64,000 nucleotides of DNA from contig LCLP01000001.1 in assembly GCA_001002135.1 (NCBI GenBank), positions 230,274 through 294,273 on the forward strand. The letters run 5' to 3'. Each line of letters starts with the position of its first letter. The first letter of the stretch is position 1. Position numbers and translations under genes: made by a program. Source of the stretch: Candidatus Pacebacteria bacterium GW2011_GWA1_46_10 (GTDB lineage Bacteria > Patescibacteriota > Microgenomatia > UBA1400 > PJMF01). Below are positions 56,434-64,000 of the stretch, piece after piece. Under the pieces are notes generated by a model. The model was not told the DNA's origin and made no database searches. It worked only from the letters and a program-made list of their open reading frames with translations.

Positions 56434-57177
56434 TTACGCTGGATGTGGCACCAATTGAGTGGCCACCAGCATCACCAGTACCCCCATCATCAGAGCAATC
56501 ACGGCTTTTTTATAAGGGGAGTTTTTGCTGGGTTTTGGTAAAAAATCGCTGGCTGCTAAATATAAAAACATCCCACTGGAGACAGCCAAGAGTGGTCCGA
56601 CTATGGATAGAGTTTGTGCCGCGGTCAGCACCACCAAAGCGCCTAAAAACGAGGCCAGCGCCGAGAGAGTGTTGACCCAAATAATTTTTAGCCTTCGCCA
56701 GCCAGCAGCCAGCAGCACCCCAATATCACCCATTTCATGCGGTACTTCGTGTAAAAACGTAGAGAGAGCGGTCACGACGCCGAGTGAGGGGGTGGCCAGG
56801 TAGGCCGCGGCAATGGCGGCGCCGTCAATCAAGTTATGAATGGTGTCGCCGAAGATGATCAGTGGCACGACAGTGGTGTGAGCGGCGTGGTGGTGTTGGT
56901 CAGGGTGATGATGAAGGGTGAAAAGGTAGTTTTCAAAAATATAGGTTGCTAAAAATGAAAACAAGACCCAGAAAAAAGCTGTCTCGCCCATTTCATGAAC
57001 GGCCTCTGGTATCAGGTCTAACAAAGTGACGGTTAACAGCACACCGGAGGCAAACGAAGTGCCATAGCGGGTAAACAACCGAGTAAGTGGCTTGATTCTC
57101 AGACTCGCCAGTGCTGCACCTAAGGCAACCAGACTACCGAATAAAACCAACAAGTTGATGGCTAGGAAATTTTCCAT
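56434..57177 (-). CDS. ZIP family metal transporter
   Basis: His-rich loop, 'GDTIHNLIDG', 'HEVPHE.GD'. Confidence 0.9.
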   Translation of the reverse strand: MENFLAINLLVLFGSLVALGAALASLRIKPLTRLFTRYGTSFASGVLLTVTLLDLIPEAVHEMGETAFFWVLFSFLATYIFENYLFTLHHHPDQHHHAAHTTVVPLIIFGDTIHNLIDGAAIAAAYLATPSLGVVTALSTFLHEVPHEMGDIGVLLAAGWRRLKIIWVNTLSALASFLGALVVLTAAQTLSIVGPLLAVSSGMFLYLAASDFLPKPSKNSPYKKAVIALMMGVLVMLVATQLVPHPA

Positions 57178-57240
57178 ACAGACTATTGTATAGAAGTTGA
57201 CAAGAGGCTGATAGAATGTACCCGTCTGAAATAAGTCAGC

Positions 57241-57313
57241 GCGCTCGTAGTTTAGTGGATAAAATGTCGGTTTCCGGAACCGAAGACCGTGGGTTCGACT
57301 CCCACCGAGCGCA
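57241..57313 (+). tRNA. tRNA-Arg(CCG), CCA not encoded
   Basis: Acceptor GCGCTCG/CGAGCGC, anticodon arm TCGGT-TTCCGGA-ACCGA, T-arm GTGGG-TTCGACT-CCCAC. Confidence 0.93.
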
Positions 57314-57364
57314 CTTTCAACAGCCAGTTGTTACGGTTATTGTTCAATTGGCTATAATACACTT

Positions 57365-57667
57365 ATGAAAACAGTGAGAGTCCAATTTAGACTACCAGTT
57401 TCTGTGATAAAAGAAGGCAAGAGTTTTGTGGCTTATTCGCCTGCACTTGATTTGTCTTCTGTTGGACAGACTGCCAAACAAGCTCGAGCGAATTTGGTAG
57501 AAGCGGCAGAACTTTTTTTTGAGGAAATCATTGAAAAAGGAACCTTTGAAGAAGTGTTGATTGAACTTGGTTGGCGGAAGGTTGATAAACGTCTGGTTCC
57601 TCCGGAAGTAATTTCTCAACGCATTCAACAATTTTCTGTCCAAGGTCCCGCGGCCTTGTATGCCTAG
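57365..57667 (+). CDS. hicB: HicB-like antitoxin
   Basis: 'KEGKSFVAYSPALDLSSVG.T..QA..NL.EA' partial RNase H fold. Confidence 0.8.
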   Translation: MKTVRVQFRLPVSVIKEGKSFVAYSPALDLSSVGQTAKQARANLVEAAELFFEEIIEKGTFEEVLIELGWRKVDKRLVPPEVISQRIQQFSVQGPAALYA

Positions 57668-57890
57668 AATTACTCCCATACGTTGGCAGAAATTTGAAAA
57701 GTTTCTATTGAGAAGTGGCTGTGCTTTTATCCGTCAAAAAGGTGACCATCGAGTCTATTGGCGAAAAGGCTTGAAGAGACCAATTATTTTGCCTATGTCC
57801 AAGGATTTACCAATTTTTATCATTAGAAATAATTTAAGAACGTTGAGGATTGAGCTGAGTGAGTATCTGAAAATATTACAGCAACTCTAA
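57660..57890 (+). CDS. hicA: HicA-family toxin
   Basis: 'L.RSG..FIRQKGDHRVY…PI.LP'. Overlaps hicB. Confidence 0.85.
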   Translation: MPRITPIRWQKFEKFLLRSGCAFIRQKGDHRVYWRKGLKRPIILPMSKDLPIFIIRNNLRTLRIELSEYLKILQQL

Positions 57891-57938
57891 TCGGAGCTTA
57901 CTTGCTAAACTCCTTGTTTCAGCACAAAATAAAGTTTG

Positions 57939-59402
57939 ATGGCGAAGAAAAAAACTCAGCAATCGAGCTTGTTTAAATGGATGATTGGTTTAGTGGTAGG
58001 AGCGGTTTTTATCGGTCTGCGGATTTTTTCTCTTCAACAAAGTTTTTGGTTTTGGGGCGACATGGGGCGAGATTTTTTTGTCCTGCAAAATTGGGCGCAG
58101 CAGCCTTTTCATCCACCACTGTTAGGTCCGCAGACCAGTGTTTTTAGTTTTAACCACAGCGCGTGGTATTACTATTTATTATTTCCGTTTTTTATCCTCA
58201 CTGGTCATTCGCCCTACGCGACGTACATCGCTATCTTAACCAGCTATGCGGCTATTTTTATCGGTGGTCTGATGGTTTTCAAAAAGAAACGTCATTGGTT
58301 ACCATTTATTGCTCTGTTTTATTTACTAGCCATCCATCCGCAGTTCGTCATGCAACACCGCTATATTTGGAATCCGTCATTAATCACACCCTTTCTGTTG
58401 CTTGGTTTTTGGGCTTGGTGGCGATATCAATGGCAAAAAAATTGGCGGTGGCTGGCGGTTTTTGCTGGCAGTACCGCTGTGGCAGCAGGACTCAACCTCT
58501 CGATCGCACCCACGGCGTTGGTGATGGGGGCGTTATTTTTGTGGGAACAGCGGCGCAGTAAGGCTGGTTTTTGGCAATTTATTGGTTTAAGTGCGTTGGC
58601 CAATTTGATCGTGCATTTGCCGACGCTGGTCTTTGAATTACGTCATCGGTTTTTGCTCTGGCAAAACTTACCCGCTGAGAGGCTGCAACAGCTGGAACCG
58701 AATTTTGACCAGAAATTAACCCAATTCTTTGCCAATATCTTTTTACCCAACCAACCAGTTAACTGGAGTCTCAACCTGGGTTTAGCAGTCATCGTGTTGT
58801 TATTGTTTGTTTATTTGCGGTCTATGAAACTGCGAAATAATTGGGTCTTTACTCGCTCGCTTTCAATCGCTTTTTTCACCGCGGTATTAATCATGCTCTT
58901 TCCCATTCAGATGCAGGCTCACTTCCTATTTGGTGTCTTGACGTTTTTGCTCGTCGCTCTGGCTCGGCTGCCAAGAAAGTTACTGTGGGCAGTACTGATC
59001 GTGTTGAGCGTGCTGTATCTTCAACCAGCATATTTTCAGCTCTATCAGGAACGCGCGCCGCACACAGTCGATGAACAACGCCAGTGTATGCAGATCACTT
59101 GCCAAACCATCAAAACACAAGGTTTAGAACCAATTTTTGTGAACACGCAAACGGCGTCATACAACCATCAAGCGCGCGAATATGTGTTTTGGCTCAAGGA
59201 ACTAGGTTGTCAAGCGATTGACACTCAGCAGTTTTTACAAACACCAACCGATTACATGGCGGTAGTGGCGGATCGGGCTGAGTTTACTAATGGGCAGACA
59301 GGGTACTATGAACTCAGTCAATTTGGTCCGGCGGAAGAACTGCAAAAGATTGCCTGTAAAGAGGATTTGACCATTCATTTACTGAAAAGAACAGCGCGTT
59401 GA
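57939..59402 (+). CDS. GT-C (ArnT/PMT-like) membrane glycosyltransferase
   Basis: 'FWGDMGRD…PLLGP…YYYL…WNP' and many TMs. Confidence 0.75.
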   Translation: MAKKKTQQSSLFKWMIGLVVGAVFIGLRIFSLQQSFWFWGDMGRDFFVLQNWAQQPFHPPLLGPQTSVFSFNHSAWYYYLLFPFFILTGHSPYATYIAILTSYAAIFIGGLMVFKKKRHWLPFIALFYLLAIHPQFVMQHRYIWNPSLITPFLLLGFWAWWRYQWQKNWRWLAVFAGSTAVAAGLNLSIAPTALVMGALFLWEQRRSKAGFWQFIGLSALANLIVHLPTLVFELRHRFLLWQNLPAERLQQLEPNFDQKLTQFFANIFLPNQPVNWSLNLGLAVIVLLLFVYLRSMKLRNNWVFTRSLSIAFFTAVLIMLFPIQMQAHFLFGVLTFLLVALARLPRKLLWAVLIVLSVLYLQPAYFQLYQERAPHTVDEQRQCMQITCQTIKTQGLEPIFVNTQTASYNHQAREYVFWLKELGCQAIDTQQFLQTPTDYMAVVADRAEFTNGQTGYYELSQFGPAEELQKIACKEDLTIHLLKRTAR

Positions 59403-59613
59403 ACTCCAGTTGGTTGTCTTTTCCTGATTGACTTCTTAATGAACTCGAGTGGGATAAGCCCGAGAGATATCTCTCTTTTTGTGAAAATTCAGACGATATA
59501 ATAATTCTATGTTATTCATATAATTGTTATATGGGTGGCAAAACTGTTTAGAGGCAAGGTGTTGGCGAGCGCAATTGTACAACCACTCTCGTCTAAGCCA
59601 GGCACTTAGAACT

Positions 59614-60720
59614 TTATAGTTGATTTTGAATATATTGATGCACCGCTTCCCAGGAATCTTTTGGTTGCACGATTGAAGCGCCGCCATTAGAAGTCCCGCT
59701 AGTTAACACATTCTCGGTCGATAAGTTGATGCGCATAAATTGGTAATTTTTACTGCCCTTGAGTGCTGGCCAGAGAAACTCAGCGAGCTTGGCATTAAGA
59801 TCGGTCTGAGTGTGGGCCGCAAACTGTTCAAAGACTTTCGGAATATTTCCGACACCCTCCAGGGTGAAAAGCTTGTTGCGGATAGCTACCAGTACTTCTT
59901 GCTGTCTGACCCCACGGGCAAAATCCCCACCCGGCGTGCCGTGCCGAGAGCGGACATATTTCAGGGCATCACCACCTTCCATGTGGATCATACCGGCCGG
60001 GTACCGAATAGTCTCAAAACGGCAAGGAAATTGTTTTTCTAGTTCGAAGCCAGAGTAATTGGCATGCGCTGCTTCAATTTCTGCTGGACTTAAACCGCAC
60101 AGATTTAGTTCCTCGCCCTTAATGGGGTACCATTCGTCAACCATGGTTTGGGCCACCTCAACGTCAATGCCCCCTAGCTCTTGACCGACAAGGCGCTGAA
60201 AGCCAACAAAGTCGGTGGCGATGTAGTAGTCGATCGGCAAACCAGTGACCACTTGAGCCATTTGCTTGGCGATGGTGGCGCTTTGATCGCTGTTTTGCAG
60301 ATCGAGGCTAAAAGCGGCATTGATTTTGTTTTGTGTGCCGTTGGGCAGCGCCACCCAGAGGTCGCGGGGGATAGAAATCAGGGCAATCGTGCCGCGCTCA
60401 AAATTAATATTGGCTACTTGAATGACATCGGACAGGGTGCCGCCGGAGTGACCGGCGCCGCCGTAGCCCAGTAAAAGGACAGTTAAGGTTTTGAGCTCTT
60501 CGGGGTTGGTTGGTAAAGTTTGGGCACTTTGTAAAGCCGGAGGGCGCAGGGTGAGCGAGGAAACCAAGCCTTGTTTGCTCCCGGCCGAGTACGTCACCAG
60601 TGCGGTGGAGACGATCACTCCGAAAACCACTCCCCACAACCACCGGTGAGTGCGAAACGCTTCTCCCAGGGGGTGGATCACTGGCTCACACTGTTCTTTG
60701 AGTAAACGGAATATTCTCAT
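59614..60720 (-). CDS. LCP (LytR-CpsA-Psr) family protein
   Basis: 'LLLG', 'SDVI', 'SIPRDLWV', 'KINAA', 'YVRSRH..GDF.R..RQQ'. Confidence 0.92.
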   Translation of the reverse strand: MRIFRLLKEQCEPVIHPLGEAFRTHRWLWGVVFGVIVSTALVTYSAGSKQGLVSSLTLRPPALQSAQTLPTNPEELKTLTVLLLGYGGAGHSGGTLSDVIQVANINFERGTIALISIPRDLWVALPNGTQNKINAAFSLDLQNSDQSATIAKQMAQVVTGLPIDYYIATDFVGFQRLVGQELGGIDVEVAQTMVDEWYPIKGEELNLCGLSPAEIEAAHANYSGFELEKQFPCRFETIRYPAGMIHMEGGDALKYVRSRHGTPGGDFARGVRQQEVLVAIRNKLFTLEGVGNIPKVFEQFAAHTQTDLNAKLAEFLWPALKGSKNYQFMRINLSTENVLTSGTSNGGASIVQPKDSWEAVHQYIQNQL

Positions 60721-60760
60721 CGCGTTGAAACTACTGTACTATAAGTTTTTATCGCAAACC

Positions 60761-61489
60761 ATGTTGCATTATTTCACTCATCATTACGACAGTTTAGCGA
60801 TCATTCTGCCCAAGTCTTACTGGTACCGTCGGGCCTTACTGACGGTTCGTTCTTGGGTATCAGTTATTTTCCAACGCTTGGTAGTCTGCGCGCTGCTGTT
60901 TTTTGACTTTTTTCCTTTCAAGGTGGAGTTTGAGAATAAAAAATTGGTGGATGCAGCTATCAGGCAAGGCGCTGTTTTACTGACAGTTCACTCAGGCCCC
61001 TACCCAGTTTTCAGTAAAGTGTTTGAGCGTTTTTACCCTGATAAAGAATTGGCAGTGACGTTTTATCATGCTCGCAAGGTCTCGTTTTTTCCGCTCTTTC
61101 GCCGCTTTTTCAGACGAATGGGGGTGACCGTGATTGCCTTGGGGGGAGCGATGAGGGAGATCGACCCGGTGCTCACCAATGGCGGTTCGATGGTCTTGTT
61201 TTTGGATGCGAAACTGCCGATTAGCCGGACGGAAAGAGTCTGGCTGTTTGGCAAAGAGCGGCAGTTATCGACCGGACCCTATTTTTTGGCTAAAAAATAT
61301 GGTTTAAAAGTCTTGCCACTGTATGTCAGCAGAAAAGGTCTCACTTTATCGATTCACACCCTCCCAGCCATTCCGCACGCCCGCCAAACTCAACAACGAT
61401 TTATGCAGCAGGTGGCGATGGCAGTCGAACAGATGATTATCAACACCCTGCCTTCCTGGCAGGCGTTTGATCGGTTCTTGCTGGATTAA
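60761..61489 (+). CDS. Lysophospholipid/lipid-A-type acyltransferase-like protein
   Basis: 'GAVLLTVHSG', 'LFLD', 'LFG…TGP..LA', C-terminal 'P.W'. Confidence 0.6.
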   Translation: MLHYFTHHYDSLAIILPKSYWYRRALLTVRSWVSVIFQRLVVCALLFFDFFPFKVEFENKKLVDAAIRQGAVLLTVHSGPYPVFSKVFERFYPDKELAVTFYHARKVSFFPLFRRFFRRMGVTVIALGGAMREIDPVLTNGGSMVLFLDAKLPISRTERVWLFGKERQLSTGPYFLAKKYGLKVLPLYVSRKGLTLSIHTLPAIPHARQTQQRFMQQVAMAVEQMIINTLPSWQAFDRFLLD

Positions 61490-61576
61490 AGTGTGCCAGC
61501 CAAACGGTTGGCGACTTTTGGTTTTTACCGCCAGCTTTTTAGGCCTGGCTTTTTCAGATTTTTTTGAAAGTGTTTT

Positions 61577-62191
61577 TTAGGTTGGACTGACTGGTGGACT
61601 GGAGACTTTGTGCCAGATTAGTGAAAATAACTCCAGGGCAGCCATGATCAGTGTGATAAAAGTTTTCCAACCGAGGTTGCTTTGGAGAGCCAAATGAAGG
61701 AAAAGCAGCCAAATAACGATGTAAACCAATGCGTGGAGGGTGCGCCACCAGCGGCCAAGCATCCTGACTGACCAGTCGTTGGAAGTGATAAAGACTGGGG
61801 TGAGAAGGATAAAAGCCGACAACCCAATGATCTCGAAAGGACTAAACAGCCAGATGTTGCCACCAATCTTAAAAATCGGCAGGAAGCGTGACCACAGCAA
61901 ATGGGTCAGGGCAAAAACATACATGGTAATACCCATTTGTCGTCGATACAGCACCATCAGCGTGCGGATCGGAATCAGCCGGCCGCCAAGCTGGAAACGC
62001 TTCAAGATGCCGGGGATGAGCGTGAGCCAAAAAAAGATGAGGGCCGCTGTCGCTGATTGCCGACCCCACCAAGTCCACTCACCAATCCCGAGCGTTTTGA
62101 GAGAAATTAGGAAAAAAACCAGCCAGCCGCCAAGCAGGGTATACCAGATTCTGATCAACTTCAGTTTATTGACGACAAGCCAGCGCTGCAT
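61577..62191 (-). CDS. Ferric reductase-like heme membrane protein (MsrQ/YedZ-like)
   Basis: 'RRQMGI…Y…H', 'ITSN…LG..WR.LH.LVY…H'. Confidence 0.8.
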   Translation of the reverse strand: MQRWLVVNKLKLIRIWYTLLGGWLVFFLISLKTLGIGEWTWWGRQSATAALIFFWLTLIPGILKRFQLGGRLIPIRTLMVLYRRQMGITMYVFALTHLLWSRFLPIFKIGGNIWLFSPFEIIGLSAFILLTPVFITSNDWSVRMLGRWWRTLHALVYIVIWLLFLHLALQSNLGWKTFITLIMAALELFSLIWHKVSSPPVSPT

Positions 62192-62211
62192 TGAGTTTGT
62201 TTATACGCTTT

Positions 62212-63465
62212 TTAGACGGTAGGCTCAAGTTTTTCTGCAATTCGAGTCAGTTCGTTGTATTTGGCGGTGCGCTCAGAGCGGCTGGGTGCGCCGGTCTTGA
62301 TTTGGCCGCAGCCGGTGCCGACAGCCAAGTGAGCAATCGTCACATCTTCGGTCTCGCCACTGCGATGAGAGACAACATTGGTCCAACCTGCGTTCTGGGC
62401 CAGCTTCATCGCTTGAAGCGTTTCGGTCAGGGTCCCGATTTGATTGAGTTTCACCAGCAGGGAGTTGCAGGCTTTTTGAGTGATGGCCTGTTTGATCAGT
62501 TTGGTATTAGTGGTCAAAAGGTCGTCGCCCACAATTTGAGTGGTGCCGCCCAGTTGTTCAGTTAAGCTCGTCCAACCGGCCCAGTCGTCTTCCGCCAGCA
62601 TATCTTCCAATGAAATCAGTGGGTATTTTTGGGTGAGGTCCACGGTCCAGCGCACCATTTGCTCACTGGTTAAGGTTTTTTGGTCGCGCTTGAGTTGGTA
62701 TCGTTTGGTCTCCGAGTTGTAAAATTCGGAGGCCGCCGGATCCAGGCCAATTGCTACTTCGGTCGCTACGGCGTACCCGGCGGTGGTGATGGCTTGAATC
62801 ATCAGTTCGAGTGCTTCTTCGTTGGATTCAAGCTGTGGGGCAAACCCACCTTCATAGCCGACGTTGGTCGAGTATTTTTTTGTTTTAAGCAGTTTATAAA
62901 GCGCGTGATAGATCTCCACCCCCACCCGTTGCTTCTCCGCCCAAGTGGCGGCCTTGATGGGAATAACCATGTACTCCTGAATGTCAGTGGCCCAGTTGGC
63001 GTGTTTGCCGCCATTCATGATATTAAACATGGGGCGAGGAAGCACAAATTTGGCGTTACCGTAGAGGTCGCCGATGTAGTGGTAGAGCGGTTTACTTTCT
63101 GCTCGGCTCGCGGCCCAGGCGAAAGCGAGTGAGACAGACAAAATAGCGTTGGCTCCGAGCCGCCCTTTATTATCAGTGCCGTCCAGTTCAATCAGCGTTT
63201 GGTCCAAAGTAGTTTGGTCAAATTCTTTGCCAATCAGCGCTTGGGCCAGGGTGGTCTTGACATTATTGACCGCCTTGGTAACGGCTTGGCCAAAGTACGC
63301 TTCGCCCTCATCGCGCAGTTCCACTGCCTCGTGCCGGCCGGCTGAAGTGCCGCCGGGAATAGCGGCGCGACCAGCAGTCTCATTTGATAAGGTAAGTTCT
63401 GCTTCCAGTGTGGGGTAACCGCGGGAATCAAGAATTTGACGAGCAATCAACTGAGTAATTTTCAT
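62212..63465 (-). CDS. eno: Enolase
   Basis: 'ILDSRGYPT', 'LGANAIL', 'VGDDL', 'SHRSGETED', 'KTG'. Confidence 0.97.
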   Translation of the reverse strand: MKITQLIARQILDSRGYPTLEAELTLSNETAGRAAIPGGTSAGRHEAVELRDEGEAYFGQAVTKAVNNVKTTLAQALIGKEFDQTTLDQTLIELDGTDNKGRLGANAILSVSLAFAWAASRAESKPLYHYIGDLYGNAKFVLPRPMFNIMNGGKHANWATDIQEYMVIPIKAATWAEKQRVGVEIYHALYKLLKTKKYSTNVGYEGGFAPQLESNEEALELMIQAITTAGYAVATEVAIGLDPAASEFYNSETKRYQLKRDQKTLTSEQMVRWTVDLTQKYPLISLEDMLAEDDWAGWTSLTEQLGGTTQIVGDDLLTTNTKLIKQAITQKACNSLLVKLNQIGTLTETLQAMKLAQNAGWTNVVSHRSGETEDVTIAHLAVGTGCGQIKTGAPSRSERTAKYNELTRIAEKLEPTV

Positions 63466-63554
63466 AGTGGTTTAAATACTCGTTTTCATCATAGCAGAAA
63501 AACTGTGAGCTTTTTCACTTTACTTTGTTATGCCAAGACCTAAAATCAAGGTGA

Positions 63555-63929
63555 ATGCATAACTGGTATCAATCGGCGATTCAACGGGGTGATCAAACTG
63601 GTTCCAAACATGTTTATCCGACCATCAACCTTGACCCCAGTGTTTTGCCAAGTGATACCCAGCGGGGGGTTTGGGCCAGTCGGGTGAAATGGGGTAAGGC
63701 GGTGTACCAAGGAGCGTTGTATTTTGGTCCGCGGGTGGTCAAGGGTGAAACCAATGATGTGCTGGAGATTTATCTCTTGGATTTTACTGGTCACACTGCG
63801 GACAAAACGGTAGAGTTTACTTTGGCAAAGTTTTTGCGCGGAGTGATGGATTTCCCGGATTTAACCAATCTGCGCCAACAAGTGACCAAAGATATTAAAA
63901 ATGTCAGAAAGGTTTTCGATGAAAAATAA
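63555..63929 (+). CDS. Stand-alone riboflavin kinase
   Basis: 'YPTINL', 'GVWA', 'LEIYLLDF', 'FLR…F…L..Q…D'. Confidence 0.85.
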   Translation: MHNWYQSAIQRGDQTGSKHVYPTINLDPSVLPSDTQRGVWASRVKWGKAVYQGALYFGPRVVKGETNDVLEIYLLDFTGHTADKTVEFTLAKFLRGVMDFPDLTNLRQQVTKDIKNVRKVFDEK

Positions 63930-64000
63930 ACAGGTAATGGGTCCCATGCTGATTGCGGCCGCGGCGGCTTTGTGGGCCTTTGATGGCATTATTCGCCGCA
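63919..64000 (+). CDS. Probable DMT/EamA transporter (5' fragment)
   Basis: MKNKQVMGPMLIAAAAALWAFDGIIRR…, running off the window. Confidence 0.55.
   Translation, partial: MKNKQVMGPMLIAAAAALWAFDGIIRR

Noticed and set aside
57314-57935. hicBA as an island integrated at tRNA-Arg
   Set aside because: No duplicated tRNA 3' end or integrase was found nearby.
59436-59613. AT-rich intergenic ORF or RNA between the GT-C and LCP genes
   Set aside because: It contains only a short ORF and a small palindrome (GAGAGATATCTCTC), with no supportable feature.
1-64000. CRISPR array, cas genes, or reverse transcriptase/DGR
   Set aside because: No regularly spaced repeat-spacer series and no Cas or RT motifs were seen.
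1-64000. Alternative genetic code (TGA=Gly, code 25)
   Set aside because: Intact conserved genes such as metK and hsdR end in TGA, and long ORFs are uninterrupted in code 11.

Overview
The window is bacterial chromosomal DNA read in genetic code 11. Its gene content and style suggest Patescibacteria/CPR, Microgenomates-like (inference). Housekeeping genes include rmlC, an M29 aminopeptidase, map, rpoD, metK with a SAM-I riboswitch, pcm, zwf, dipZ, eno, a riboflavin kinase, an LCP protein, tRNA-Asn and tRNA-Arg. A ~13.3 kb AT-rich integrative element (11505-24817) sits in tRNA-Asn. It carries a large serine recombinase, a type I RM system whose HsdR has a C-terminal Schlafen/AlbA_2 domain, a Rep-like gene and a second AlbA_2 protein. 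Its attachment core lies inside the recombinase gene, so integration and excision would swap the recombinase C-terminus, and further att-like relics follow downstream. Other accessory features are a five-gene surface cluster that looks like a donor-strand filament anchored by cohesin-dockerin, and an ECF sigma/anti-sigma pair whose promoter motif recurs before an unannotated 35-aa peptide. There is also an NYN nuclease with a convergent small-RNA unit, a type III RM system, hicBA, several decayed genes and many apparently leaderless promoters. All calls come from reading motifs by eye. No searches were run.
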